Shown piece by piece: positions 33,842 through 46,866 of a DNA stretch of 64,000 nucleotides (positions within the stretch are counted from its first letter, which is position 1; the number at the start of each line of letters is the position of its first letter). Under the pieces are notes generated by a model. It ran no database searches. It was not told the origin of the DNA and saw only the letters and a list, made by a program, of their open reading frames with translations. This DNA comes from Klebsormidium nitens (taxonomy: Eukaryota; Plantae; Klebsormidiophyceae), in NCBI GenBank assembly GCA_000708835.1, contig DF237040.1:148611-212610 (forward strand), in the 5' to 3' direction. The translations under genes and the position numbers were made by a program.

Positions 33842-36800
33842 ATGGGCCGGGGAGCTGCTTTGAGGAACAGTTCTGATAGGAAGATGCCTCGCTACCGAGG
33901 CTCTGGTCTTGCCGTCCTTCTTTTGGCAGTATGTTGTCTAACCGCTGCAGTATCTGGTCAGATTGATGATGGGGCGGCGAGCGAAAAAGTCAGTCTTCGA
34001 GGGGCGAGCAGCCTAACCCTAGAAAAGGACCACGGCCATAAACCAGAGCAACTAGGACAACAGGGAAATTCTCCAGAGTTCCTCACAGAGGCGCTGTCTG
34101 CGGAGGCTGCCTCTAGGGTCCCAAGCATCAACACTGCGAAGGCGCCCCCCCTGAAACCCCGAGTAGCGCCCGTGACGGTAGCCTTTCTGACGGTTCTCAT
34201 GGCTCTTGCAACTGGCCTGGGGTCTGTCCCCTTCTTCTTTCTAGACATGAAGGGGAAGGGTTACGCTGGCATATGCAATGGGATGGCCTGCGGAGTGATG
34301 CTGGCGGCTAGCTTTGGGCTATTGCACGAGGGGGAGGCTTATGGGGGGGCGGAGTGCGTGGTCCTTGGTGTGCTCTTGGGGGGACTGTTCATCCTTGCAA
34401 GCCAGAAGGTGGGGGAAACACCCTTTTCCTCAGTTTCTTATTCTGCTCAGCGACATTGTTCCGTCGTGTCAGAGGTGTCATTGATGTGCGTCATGCATGT
34501 AGAGGGCACACGGTCGTTCTCTGCCTTAAGGGGCCGAAATGGTGAATGCTGTTGCTGGCTCGGTTGATGGCTGGGGTCAATGGCAGACGCAGCTCATGCC
34601 AGGGAGTGAGGGGGCTTTCTTACTTGGTATGAGAAAGAAAGGCCGAAGTGAGCTAGGGGATCCCTTTCCAACCGCGTTGAGTTTGACCCAATTGCAAGTT
34701 ACTTGCAGCTGCATTGCATGCAGCTGAACGTCAAAATCAGCTCACGTCAGATTTGACTGTTTCCGCATTCAACCACATTCAGCAAGTGTTCAGTGTCGGA
34801 TCATTTTTTGAACGTCGGCAGCAGGCACCCCGCAGCAGGAACTTGCATTCGGCTTGCAGCTCTCTCTTGTAGAGGGTAATGGAGTCTTGGCCCCGGACCC
34901 TCTTAAATTCGATGTTTGTGGAAGCGATCACATTTAGTCCCACATCGTCTTTGGAGCCAGTTTTTCAAATGCGTCTCTATCATTGCTTGTGTTCAAAGCC
35001 TGCTTTCCCTAGGCAGGGCGATACTCTCTGGCTGACCTTCGTCAAGCACCTGACACATGTCCGTTCCTTGCAGTATATGGCCCAATTTGGTGAGGTTAAA
35101 CTGATGTCACTGGAGGGTGTCAATGCGCACAAGGCCGCCCTCATTGTAGCCATCATGACACTACATGCTTTTGGCGAGGGGGCTGGAGTGGGGGTTTCAT
35201 TTGCGGGGCCTCGAGGGCTTCCGCAAGGGCTGCTGGTGACGATCGCCATTGCGGTGAGTCGAAGACCCTTTGCCGACCAGCGGACGTCTGTCTGTGTGGC
35301 AGTGGATGTTCGCTAAAACGGGTTTGGGGAGCTTTTTCCGGTGCGCTCTTGACGTTCTCCACATGGTCATGTATTTCCAAAAGTTCCTTGTGGAACAATT
35401 CCTCTATCTTGAAATGGCTGAGGTCCAGATTCCAGCACGGAAAAGCTGAGGTAAAACACGTGGTTAGTTTGACTTAGTCCAAATACCGTCCTTTCTGGCT
35501 CCTCTTTTCCTTTTGGTAGGCAAGTCTCTCCAGCGCATTGCAGTCGGCATGTCAGATCAAATGTAGCGGTTTTTGTCCCAACTAGCTTACAATCTTTGAT
35601 CTTCTTCCATCAATTCCTTGGCCCATGCATATAACTTCCCAGCTTTCAAGGTGGTGCTCTTACAGTAAACACTTTTTGAGTTTCACCACTCTCTCAAACT
35701 TTGAACTGCATCAGGATCATTTGTCATTCTTCATTTATCTCACCGCGGCTCTCAGATCCGACCTTCAAAGATCACCAAAGTAAATTGCTGTTCAGCTATT
35801 TGAGTTTTGATGTGCCTCAACAGACTTCGACCTGTACTGTGACTCTTTTTCCTCGGCCCCTCGGTTATTTCTATTGTTAGGTCTGTCCAGCAGCCCTGGT
35901 GTGGGGGCGACTCGTTTCCCTTCCTAGTTCCTGCAACTTCCAACACAGAGAGAGCCTAGGTCAGCTCCCTGGCAGATGCAGAACTCTCACAAAAGACCTC
36001 TTGGCCAACGTAAATACTTCTGTTCTGTGGACCTGTAGTGCACCCTCCCTGTCCTCACGAGCCTACCTTAACCACGCTCATCACAGCGCAATCTTTGGAG
36101 AAGACCTCTTCCTGGTTTTTCCGAAAGTACACGTCTGGTTTGCGCGTGATTCTATCTACATAGGACGTCAGCGAACTTGAAACCAGTGACGTCGTTCCTG
36201 ATAGATCTTCCAGAAAGTTGTCGTTCTGAAGCCGGACCTCAACCACTGTCAACAAATCCGTAGGTGCACGAGTCTGCCGGCCAGCATGGTCCTTCTCTTC
36301 AGACGCCAACTTGAACTATTCAGTGGAGCCAAAATATTTTGCCCAAAAAGTCCACCCGCATGTAGTAAGTCTCAACAAACACGTCCAGGTACACAAGATC
36401 TTGGGGTGCCTGACGGTCAGCATGGTCCTCTCCTCGAATGGCTTTAGCAAACCCAATTCATTGGTTTATGACCCCACTAGACCCTTCAGCAGGTTGACCA
36501 CTGGAATCCAAATTATCAACCCTCAAGCAGCGTGTCTTCCTCCCGAACCCAAACCTTTACCACTCCCAACAAATCCGTCGCAGGTGCACAACATCCCCGA
36601 GGGTCTGGCGGTCAGCATGGTCCTCTCCTCGAAGGGCGTCAGCGCACGTCGCGCCATGCTCTGGAGCATCATCACTAGCTTACCGCAGCCGCTGGTTGCG
36701 GTTCCCGCCTACATGTTTGCCGAGACGTTCACCAAGTTCTTGCCGCTGTGCATGGGCTTTGCCGCGGGGTGCATGATATGGATGGTCTTTGCGGAGCTGC

Positions 36801-38687
36801 TGCCAGACAGCCTGGAGGTGGGGCGCCGTTTTCTTAACCCTTTCGAAACTTCAGTTGTGCAGCGTAACCCACCAAGGAACGCATGTTCCGAGTGACCGAT
36901 ATCATAGGATAATATCATACATTGGTAAATTGATCCAGCCCAAGCAACAATCGGTTTCTTTTGTTTATGTACTGGCGTTTTCTGAAAGAATAGAGCAGGG
37001 GGCGCTTGCTTCACCCCCTAGTTCCCCTGTTCGGCTTTTTCTGCGACGGGTTCCATTGTCTTCTGTGACGGGATCCCTTCGTTTACGTTCTGCGTGCTTA
37101 CGCTCGTCGCCTCTATCGCGTGTTGCTGCTTGCGCTGGCTTTGACGTCAACATCTGGCATCACTGAGCCGGGGAAGTATATCTGTTGGGAGAAGGCTCTG
37201 ACGGGTTCCCTTCGTTTGTGCTGGGGTCTTTCGCCGTTGTGTTGTAGCACAGAGGTGCGTGGCGGCTGATCCACGTGGATGGTTTGTGTTGCATATGTTT
37301 CATGAACGGTGCAAGTGCTCGTTCTCAAGGGCTCGACAACCGCAATTGACACCAGCGTAAATCTCGATGTCAAAGCCTGAAATTCTCTTGATTGAAAAGA
37401 TGCTCATATTGAGCAAAGGTTTTGGTCGCCCTTGCTTCGAGGGGTTTGACAGCAAGATTGCTGGGTCGAGCTGTTAATCACGTGTACAGGATCGTTCGAG
37501 CCAACTCCAGGATCTGCTGCTGATTCCTGCTTAAAAAGTTGTTCTCTTGTTGGAGCTTGTGCATATCTAACATAGGTAAGACGTCCTCAGCGCCTTACTG
37601 ATTCGTGGATCGTTCAGCCAATTACACCTTTATTCGTCGCTTCGTGGGAAGCCAACCCCATCGCCAAATCCGCCTCCTTATCATAGGACGCTTCGTGGAG
37701 CAACTCGACCATCGCTTATGGTCGCCCTGACCAGTGCTTATTCTCCTGCAGGAAGCCAGTCCCACGGCAATCGCCGCATCTGCCACCCTCTCCATCGCTT
37801 TCATGGAGGCTCTCAGCTGTTTCATGAAGACGTTGGAGCAAGGCCCTGGTTCTCAGAAGCGCTCCCCTTCCACCCCCCTCCTCTGGTCTCTTCTCTTTGG
37901 TCTCGGTCCCGCTTTCGGAGGTCTTTTGGCCGTTTTTGCGCAGCGCGTCGCAAAGTTTTCGCAAGCCGGGATGATGGGAGGAGCGGCGGGGCTCATGCTC
38001 GCGCTCGGCGCGGCTCGACCAGTACAATTGCTTTTGGGGGATCATCCGCCGTGGCTAAACATGGTTTTGTTTCTAGGGTTAGGCGCGGTTACGTTCGGGT
38101 TAGTGGGTCACTGGGCCGTCGGGCGGGGCGTGCATAAGAAGACGGACGAGGAAGAGGCGGTGCTCAAGAGTGACGGGAAATTGTTGGACACGCCGGTTTC
38201 TAAAGCGGCCATGTTAGCGGTGACGGCGATTTTGATCCACGCATGGGTTGAGGGTTTGGTGCTTGGGGTTGCGGCTCGGTTAGCGGAGGGCAACATCGGT
38301 TTGCACATGCTAGCCCCAGTCGTGCTGCATAGCTTGCCCCGGGGGGCGGCAGTGGCCGCCATAATCGGCGCTCTTAGCAAGAGTCCTCGGGGCGCGTTAC
38401 TGAGTTCGGCGTTGTCAGGGTTCGCGGGACCGGTTGGAGCCGTTGTGGCGTTAGCACTTGGGATCAGGCGGTTACAGCCGTTGGATGATGTGATGATGCT
38501 TGCGAGCGGAGCAATCATTCTGGGCGCGTGGAAGCACCTGCTGCCAAGGGCTTGGAGGTTAGATGGAAGAAGAACGCTGGCGGGGCTGTTTGTAGGAGCC
38601 GGTTTTGCTGCGATGAGTTTCTGTGGTACGCATCTGTTGTGCGCACACACATTCTTGTGCGTAGCTGCTCCTGATGCAGTGACTTGA
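33842..38687 (+). CDS. ZIP-family (GufA-type) metal transporter with two ZIP repeats, like plant putative zinc transporter At3g08650
   Basis: Exons 33842-34408, 35074-35253, 36584-36817 and 37752-38687. Motifs: MALATGLGSVPFF, MTLHAFGEGAGVGVSF, AIAVHNIPEGLAVSM, SLPQPLVAVPAY, second repeat HAWVEGLVLGV...LHSLPRG. The start could be 33884. Confidence 0.9.
36251..36445 (+). repeat. Two echoes of the ZIP exon 3 acceptor and start
   Basis: tag|gtgcac...cagcatggtccttctc (36264) and cag|gtacacaa...cggtcagcatggtcctctcctcgaatggc (36389) versus the real exon (36584). Confidence 0.9.
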
Positions 38688-40314
38688 CTTCGTTTCGGGT
38701 TACTAATAGTTGGTGTGGATAGTAATTTTCTTTTTAAATTCGTGAAAGCAAATTTTAACTCAACCTTCTTTTTGAAGTCACCCACCTTGCTTTGCACAAC
38801 GGGATTCAACGAAGCCTATGGCCCGATGAATTTTGTGCGATCATTGTGGCTCCGGCCTTCATAATTTCGAGTCTGGCTGCTTCGTTAGTTGCTGTTTGGG
38901 CATTAAGCGACTAGGCAGTATGCCAGGACGGCAGGCCTTGGAGTACCACTAGCGAGTCATTGTGCATTCGATCATGGAAGTGTTTTTCGATTGACCTATG
39001 ATTCGGTTTTGTTTGATCGCAGGCCGCTAGCTCGCGTTACGCCGCTATTCACAAATCTACCTCTGATTGACACGCCTCGCATTGAATACAATGTTATCTT
39101 AGCAAGCGCCTGGGTCGCGGCCGCCGGGGCGTATCAGTAATTTACTGAAACTTCTTCACACGCATGATAGGATGGAGCGCCCTTGACGGTGTGTAGCATA
39201 ACGTATCACACATATATCCGCGCAGCCGCATGGACATTTCTAGCTCAGCAGGCCCCTGTACCGGCGAGTGACCACGGTTGGGCTGACTGCAATAGGCACA
39301 ACCGTCAACGTCACCTTGTAATAATATATGGATGTCTGTCGCGGGCAACATGCGTGACCGTAGCTCAGCACACGGATGAGAGCTCTCGTCCTAGGACTCG
39401 GTGGCGTCAGCACAACACAACAGAAACAGATATCAGCGATGCGAGATGATCGGATGGTATCTAGCTCAAGTCTACTTATTGGTAAGCTGTTTCCATCATG
39501 TTTCTCTACCTAACTGAATCAAGGACACTACCCGTAAGCTTCATCGCTTTCTAGCTGGACTGGTGGTGGTTTTCTCGCCCATGAGAGGAGCTTCTCTCTT
39601 TGTCTTGGCCTGCTCATGAGTCATGGTCCTCCGCCTGTACCTGGGTTCTTCCACGGTTCTCGAGTCCTGCGCGTCGGTAGAAATTCTCATGGGAATACAG
39701 AACACGGTACCGTACCTACCAGCACCTACCAGTACGGTCCTGACTCCTGAGTACCTAGACTACGGCGATCTAGGTACCTATATTCAGGTGAAGAAAGGTT
39801 TCGTAGGTGGACCAGGATAGTCTGTGGCCAAATTGGGAGAAGTAGGTGCACAAAGACCGTTCCAAATCCTATTCGCTGCGCCCTGGCAAACATAATATTG
39901 GTAGGCTACTCCCAAATTCGGTCAGTGTGCGCATATAGCCACGCTCATCCCTGGCCTATACGCAGATACTTCAATCTGGGCATATTCCCTTGCCAGCTGT
40001 CCCTCAACTGCCAGCCTGGCTAAAGAAATCAGGTATCTAGAATTGAGCAAGCTAGAATTGTTCAATTGGGTGCTCTATTCGCCTCTCTTGGAAGAATTGG
40101 CGCCATGGCCTGTCCTCCCCATGCAGAGTTGCGAACTTGCGAAGCAGCGGAAGCTTTTCCCTCCTGCATCTGACACTGACATTATTATGAAGGTTCTCTT
40201 CAGGAAGGGTGGTTCGAGCTAGTAATAGTATTAATAGAACGTCCCTCTTGTGAAGCAATCCTTGCAGGACAGCTTCGTAGAGCCGCTCAGACGTTGGGAC
40301 TCGGGAGCCTCAGA

Positions 40315-43300
40315 ATGGAACCGCACTCGTATGTCCGAGTTTGTGTAGCGGCTCTCGCGCTTCGGGTCCCTCTTCACGCCCGCATAGGGGGTGGAGGACA
40401 GGTCCATTCAGCCTCCATTCCCGCTTATGCAGAGCTCTGCCTCGGGAAGCTGCCTATTCACACTGCACCTGTCCCCCTTGTGCCGCCTGGCTTAGCGGGC
40501 CCGGATGTCAACTCCTCTGCAATTGCTGCTACATTCTATCTGGATGAGCGGAGCCTCACCTCGCTCTTTAGCTCAAAGTCATCCGCTCTAGTTATCACCC
40601 TAAAGATGGCCTCACAACCGTCTTGTTGTGGGAGGGGGAGTGGGGTTGTGTTGGGACGTTTTGAGCTCCCTGTGGATAGGGATTGGGAGGCGAACGAGCC
40701 GTTCATTGCACATGGGGGTTGGGCATCCATAGGAAAGAGGGCCAAGAAGGGCTCTGCTGACGATGAGATGGAGTTGCATGCGGTTGTGCGGATAGAACCG
40801 GACCCGAGGTTGATGTTTGAGTTTGATGGGGCCACGACGCGAAGCCCGCAGATCCTCCAGGTCAATGGGGACAGCCAGCAGCCCCTCTTCTCCATAAAGT
40901 TTTGCACAGACAGAGGCTCTAGACCAAGGTGAGTGTCGAGTAGTTTGAGGCATTTCTGAGGCTGATCTGTTAACTGTATTCTGGCCACTCAATTCTTTGC
41001 TTCAGGAGCTGGTTGCATTTTGTCACTTCCAAAGACTCTGTGCAGCTTCAGCATCTTCCTTGTCACTTTCACTACATGGTCGATTACTATCTTGTGACAT
41101 GTATCATAATTACAAGTTTGTTGAGTTTTTCTTTCGCTTGACCATCAACAGTGCACTCAGAGCTCAGCCTGTAGCAATCCACCAAAATGCCTTGATGTAA
41201 GCATGTCTTTTGTAGCGTTCATTTGAGGAATTTCCCCTCCAATATCGCGCTGCAAATTTTGCGAGCACCTTTGCCACCAGCAACGTTCAGTGTCGGAGCT
41301 AGGGTTAAGCTCTTCTGATGTTGCCTGCGGCGACAAACTTCACTTTCAGACTGCTGGATCCCAACCGATATTTGCCTTTCTCATTTTTGTCCCAACAGAT
41401 CCTTGATCTCAAGAGGCCACAAATGCATGCCAGCGAGGAACTCATTGACATTGTGGTAGAATCTTCACCTGGGAGCGATTGGAGATTCAAGCGATGCATT
41501 GTAGGCGCCTCAATTCTCCTCATTTGGCCTACCATGTCTCCAGGATACTTTTTGCAGCTGTCATGGCAGCTACGATTCTTTCGCAAGCTGCATTTTGTTG
41601 GAACTAAAAACTTTGCAAGAAAGTCATCCTCATTTCCTCATTCCTCATCTGGCTCGCAAATGTGGCCAGTAGAAACATTTCAATTCTGGTGAAGTGCAAA
41701 ACCCTCTCAAGTGCTTATGGTTTAGTTGCAGCTTCTTCCTAGCTGCTGATGAGGTGACAGCATCTCCTCACCCGCTGCATTCGGGAGTTGGGGCAATGAT
41801 TGATTCAACCGGCAGACAAGCTCTTTGCCTCCCTCCCACACATTCAACACCTCTTCCGCACTTCAAACTTCTAGACAACTTGCTGCCATGTCTAGTCGGC
41901 TGTTACACTGCTCTCAAATCATCATGACACGTTCTAATGCAGTATGGGGACAAACGACACACTCAATAGGACCGGCTGGGATGCACTGCGAGCGTCGGTG
42001 CCGTTTGTAATGGGGGGCAGCCAGGGCCGAGAGCGGAAAGGGTGGCTGGCCATGATTCACGATCTGAACGGAACGCCCGTGGCTGCAGCGTCCATGGTGA
42101 GATTACACATCTAGGGTTTGGTTGTACTTTCGGTGTTTCTTTTCTTAGGCGGTGTTTTTTTCTCAGGAGATGTTTTAAAGTACCTACCCCCTTCAGGGTT
42201 GCCGCAGCCCCTGCAGGGTTCTGCCACACCCGCATTCTATTTGGACACTCAGCAATTTCTAGGGGAAGGACTTGTTGGCTTCCCATGCAGTATACCACTT
42301 TCCGCTCTTGAGGTGATGCGAGTGTGTTGTTGTGCAATATCATCGAAGTGATGCAAGCGGAAGACAGTCGAAGAACATTGCTAGTGCCTGTAAACTGAGA
42401 TGATTGAGATGATCAGAATGTATAATGAAGCAGTCGCTGCGGTGACGTAGTTTCGAGGCTTTATCGACTCGCAGCGCCTTATCAAGTCGAAGCAAGGCCA
42501 AAGCAACTGATGGTTTGATCTAACATAGTACAGAAAGGCTTGCTGACCGTGCATTCTGTGGGTTACTCAAATGACCAGGTCAGAGATTCTGCATTAAACA
42601 AACTCAACCTGCAATGGAGGTGGACATCCCTCATTTCGATTATCAGCACAAGCCTTCAGCTAAACAAACGTTCGAGTGGCATTTTTCTGCTGCTTGACTA
42701 GGTCACGGTTCCAGAGTTGTAGGCAATAAGGGTTTGTTGTGTCCACTGCTTTTGTTCACCTGCTGCACGAAGAACTATTACAGTGCTTGCATCTTTTTGG
42801 ATGCCCGAGTATGTTGCTTTTAAGGCGCTGGCTCCAAAGCGCCACCCGGACCTCTCACCTTTCTGTTGCGGGAACAGGATGTTTTCTTCCACCTGACCCT
42901 GTTCCTGCTTTGTAACAGCACACGGACCATTTCTAGGCACGAATCAAGTCACGCCCTCCATTGTGTCTATTTATAACATGGTGTCGTTCTTCTCTCCAGA
43001 TTACACCGTTTGTACCTTCCGCCGGTAGCGATGCGGTGTGCAAATCCAACCCGGGGGCCTGGTTGTTACTTCGGCCAGAGGTCGACCAATCTGGGAACGA
43101 CACCTGGCGGGCCTGGGGCAAACTAGAGGCGTGGAAGGAGAAGAAAGGGAGTAACATCATCCTGAGACTGTCGGTGGTGGATGGGGACGGGAGCAGCATG
43201 CCCGCTAGCCAGGTCAGCAGATCTTTTTGAAACTTTGTGCTTCAGGGTTTCAGTTGCATTTGAGAAATGGGGTTCCATTTGGATTAGAAGAGTCGTGCGA

Positions 43301-45359
43301 TATATGCTTCGGGGTTTTGGTTGCATCTCGGATCAAACGAGGTTCCATCTGGATCAAAGTTCCGTGCATGTGAGTAAAGCTGAGGGAGTGCCATGTACGT
43401 TCCAGTTGCTCAGAAGGCCTGTGGACATGTGAGCAAAGCTTCTGAGGGGTTGAGACAAGCATCTGCTCGGTTAAAGGGTTGGCGATTGGGTCGGGGTTGG
43501 GGTTGAAGTCGGCAGGGACCACCTCGGTCGCTTACCAGATTCGTAGGTTTCCCTTCCCGGTCTGCTTTTGTTGGGTGATGTTGTTCAGCGCTGGAGGGTT
43601 GAGTCGTTCAAGTCTGCTGTTGGTTCTTGCCCCTTGAACTTCTTCCGACTTAGTGTTCAGCGTTTAGTTCTTCAGGTCTTCCTTTGGTTCTTGCCCTCAA
43701 ACTTGTCCCGAGTCTGATTATGTTTGTTTCCAACCTTTGGAGCTTGAAGAAAAGAATTGCATCAACCGAAAAAGACGTTTCCTCTTTGACTAAAATCGTC
43801 GTGCTGTTCTATTATTCCCAGGTTGTCGTTGCTGAGGCGACCATCAACCCGAGCAAGGGCGGCGTCTTCCGCATCCAGGGGAAGCCTAAAGGTTCCCTCC
43901 GCATGCCCGTTCTGTACCCTGCCAACGCGAGCGGCAAGCCGTCCCCTGCGCTGACGCTGTCGCAGGCGTGGCTGAGCCCTCAGACGGGTTTCGTGATGAG
44001 CGCGTACATTCGAGGGGACCGCAACAAGAGCTGCCCGACAGTCAACGTCAGCATGCGGCAGGTGCGTTGTTCCGGGATATTGGCTGAACTCAACGCTCCA
44101 AAGTGGGGGGCGACAAAGTGACGTGTGCTCGTCAAACGTACTAATATCTACTGTGAACCCGATGTTCATCTATAAGCGATTAGTTTTTGGTTCGCACAGT
44201 GAGTGCGTTTCTTGTGACCTTCTCTGATTGGACGGATGCGCTCGTCTGGTTGGGCAGAGGACTGCAGGTTCGGTCAAACCTGGTCGCCTGACCTATGTCT
44301 GATCCGAACCGTTCGCAGAATCTGCCTGATGCACAGAACTCGGGCCGTTTGATGAATTTCCTTCGAGTCATCGAACAGCTCAGGTTCTGCGCATTGGGCA
44401 AGGTTCGGCGGTCAGTTCCGATCGGACTTGGGTCCGACGACCAGTTCCAGCGAATCTGCACTAAAACGGACGCGTTGGGTGGATTGGTCTTGGTCACTTT
44501 GTGCTATCTGCAGAGTTTCCCTCGGTCCATAGGGACGGCCTTTGTGTGGGTCAGATTCAGCTAATCGCTGGGCAGATATGGTGACCTTAGGATCTGAGCA
44601 TCTCGCTGCGTTCTCCACCTTGAGCTGGGTTGAATATGCGACTCTTCTACCAGAGAATATGATCGTCATCGTCTTGGAATGCTGCACGGAGGCCTCAATT
44701 CGGAAAGTAATGCCTTGTCTAACGTCATTGCGTTTCGACTGACGATTCTTGCCTGTTGGGCGCTAGTATGCATGAACTGGCAAATTGTTGCCTGTCTGAC
44801 ACCAGTACGTCCACAGCAGCGCTGCTGTCTTAAGGTTTTCGTCAGCCTGATGCTGGGGCACTGTGTTCGATTTGATACTGCTTTTGAAACGATAATCGTC
44901 TGCTCGTTTGTGCAAAAATGAGAAAGGAACGGTACGCTCGATCCCTTGCACCCCCTCCCCTGTTGAAGGAATCGAGACTGTAGAGAAGGACTCGAGACCT
45001 TAGAGCCTGTAGAGACTCTCTTGAAACGCCAAGCAATATCCTGCATTCGGGACGAAACCTTGAAACGCGCGACTTAGCTCCACATACCTCTGAACATGAA
45101 ACAGATCGTGGAGAAGCTGGTGTTTCTTTTACGTGACACGCCTGGCCAATTCCTTCAATGATTTCCTAATTGGTCGCCTTTCCCCAATCCTTTTCGGCTA
45201 AGCTTTTCCCGTTGGGTCCACTTAGACAGTGGCTTATTTCTGAAATCGTGGACACTTTGCCAGGTCGCTACCGTTGGGGACGCCGCCATGTTCATGGCGC
45301 TTGCAGCTGCAGTAGACCTTTGCATAGAGGCGTGCCTTCCTTTTCGTGGAAGTGGTTGA
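40315..45359 (+). CDS. DUF1005 family protein (plant-specific)
   Basis: Exons 40315-40928, 41970-42096, 43000-43212, 43822-44061 and 45264-45359. Motifs: EPDPRLMFEFDG..SPQILQVNG..QQPLFS, RERKGWLAMIHDLNGTPVAAASMITPFVPS.GSD.V.KSNPGAWLLLRP, WGKLEAWKE, DAAMFMALAAAVDLCIEAC.PF. Confidence 0.9.
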
Positions 45360-46866
45360 CCCTTAATTAGACCACTTAACTAGGGTTTGGGACCGTTACT
45401 AAGTGGTTTGTGGGCAGTCTAGCAAGGCAGCGCTAGTGGATCAGGATCGAAGTCCCGCTTCTCATGGTGGGCATCTTAGCAAGGGCCGAGCTATTGGATT
45501 GACAAAAACTGATACCTGTACAAAAGTTACGTTTGTAGGATAGACTGGATCTTTGACGGAAAAGCCGAACGAAAAAGGTTGAGATTACCGGCGCGGGAGG
45601 GAATTATCAAGTGCTTACGGACTGGACTGTGTGTTTGGGATGGGAGTGTCGTAGGTGACACTGGGATCCACGTATAGACTTCATGGATCATAAGATCACA
45701 AGCTTTTTAAGGTTTTGCGTTCGGGCTACTTGTCGGATGCATCTCAATGGAGCGCTATTGTCGACCAATACTGTTCAACCAGTGTAATTCTTTGTCAAAC
45801 ATGACTACAAGTGACGGATCTCTCGTCCTGCATGGTTGAATCATTACGGACCGCGCGGCTCATGATTCCATGCAATGGTGTTCATGATTTGCCTTATACT
45901 ACCAGGTTTGCATGGAGTCACTAGTAGTCTCATGAGACTAACACTGTAATGACGGTGATCCATGTATTACGGACGGTTGCTGTCGATCACATTTGGTGAA
46001 GCTATATTCTGTCGTATGCGGTATCATTATATATGCACTGTATCAGTGCACAATAATATATGCTGTAGAATTATTATGTGCACTAGCTATTATATGGTGC
46101 TTTGAGCAATAAGTTGATCCGAATATGCATGACTTATATAATAATAACACTGATCGACAAAAACAATTTAACTATCATGTAACACGATACTTTCGTTGGC
46201 CATGCAACCCAACTCAACGATCGGCTTTCAAGTTTCATATGAGGCTGTCATGTGCAATTGCCTCAGGCCGCGCGCCGGGATTGGACAGCCGACTAGCTAC
46301 TAAGACCATATCGGAGGCTGGCATTGGCACGTTGGTATCATGGCGTCGCGCCCTGCATGTTCCATAGCATGGACCGCAGGAGATCCGCGGTGACTCATGC
46401 AGTGCCATGTGTTACGTACACATGTATGCAGTGCGTGGCCCGCTCCAATCGGCTCAAGCTCGACAAAGGAGCATGAGTCGAGGCGCCATGCTTCAATGCA
46501 CTGCCGCCATCCGCGACTGATCTATGACAACAATAAGCGACAATTTTGAGTGACCAATTTGTAGGAGATTGGATCGGTAAAACAAAGGCGGACCTTCAAA
46601 GTAGCCGAAATGCACCTTGCCCTAGTGACCCTGGCGGCTTGCGCATGCTTACAAACGAGTGGCATTACCCTGGGCTACATAGCTATGCATTGCTCTCGTG
46701 TGCAACTTCTCCTATCGTGCAAGCCGCTGCTTGACATGACCTCTCACGAGGCAAGACGACCTATACTTGTAAACCTATGAATGTTACTACTTCAAGATTC
46801 TATAATGATCTGCAACCGTGTAGAGAGTAGACTTCCAGTGCGTGATTTACTACTCCAACGACATTT

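Noticed and set aside
38108-38809. Long antisense ORFs (also 29839-30510, 31004-31567, 54547-55068)
   Set aside because: They are shadows of GC-rich coding exons on the opposite strand.
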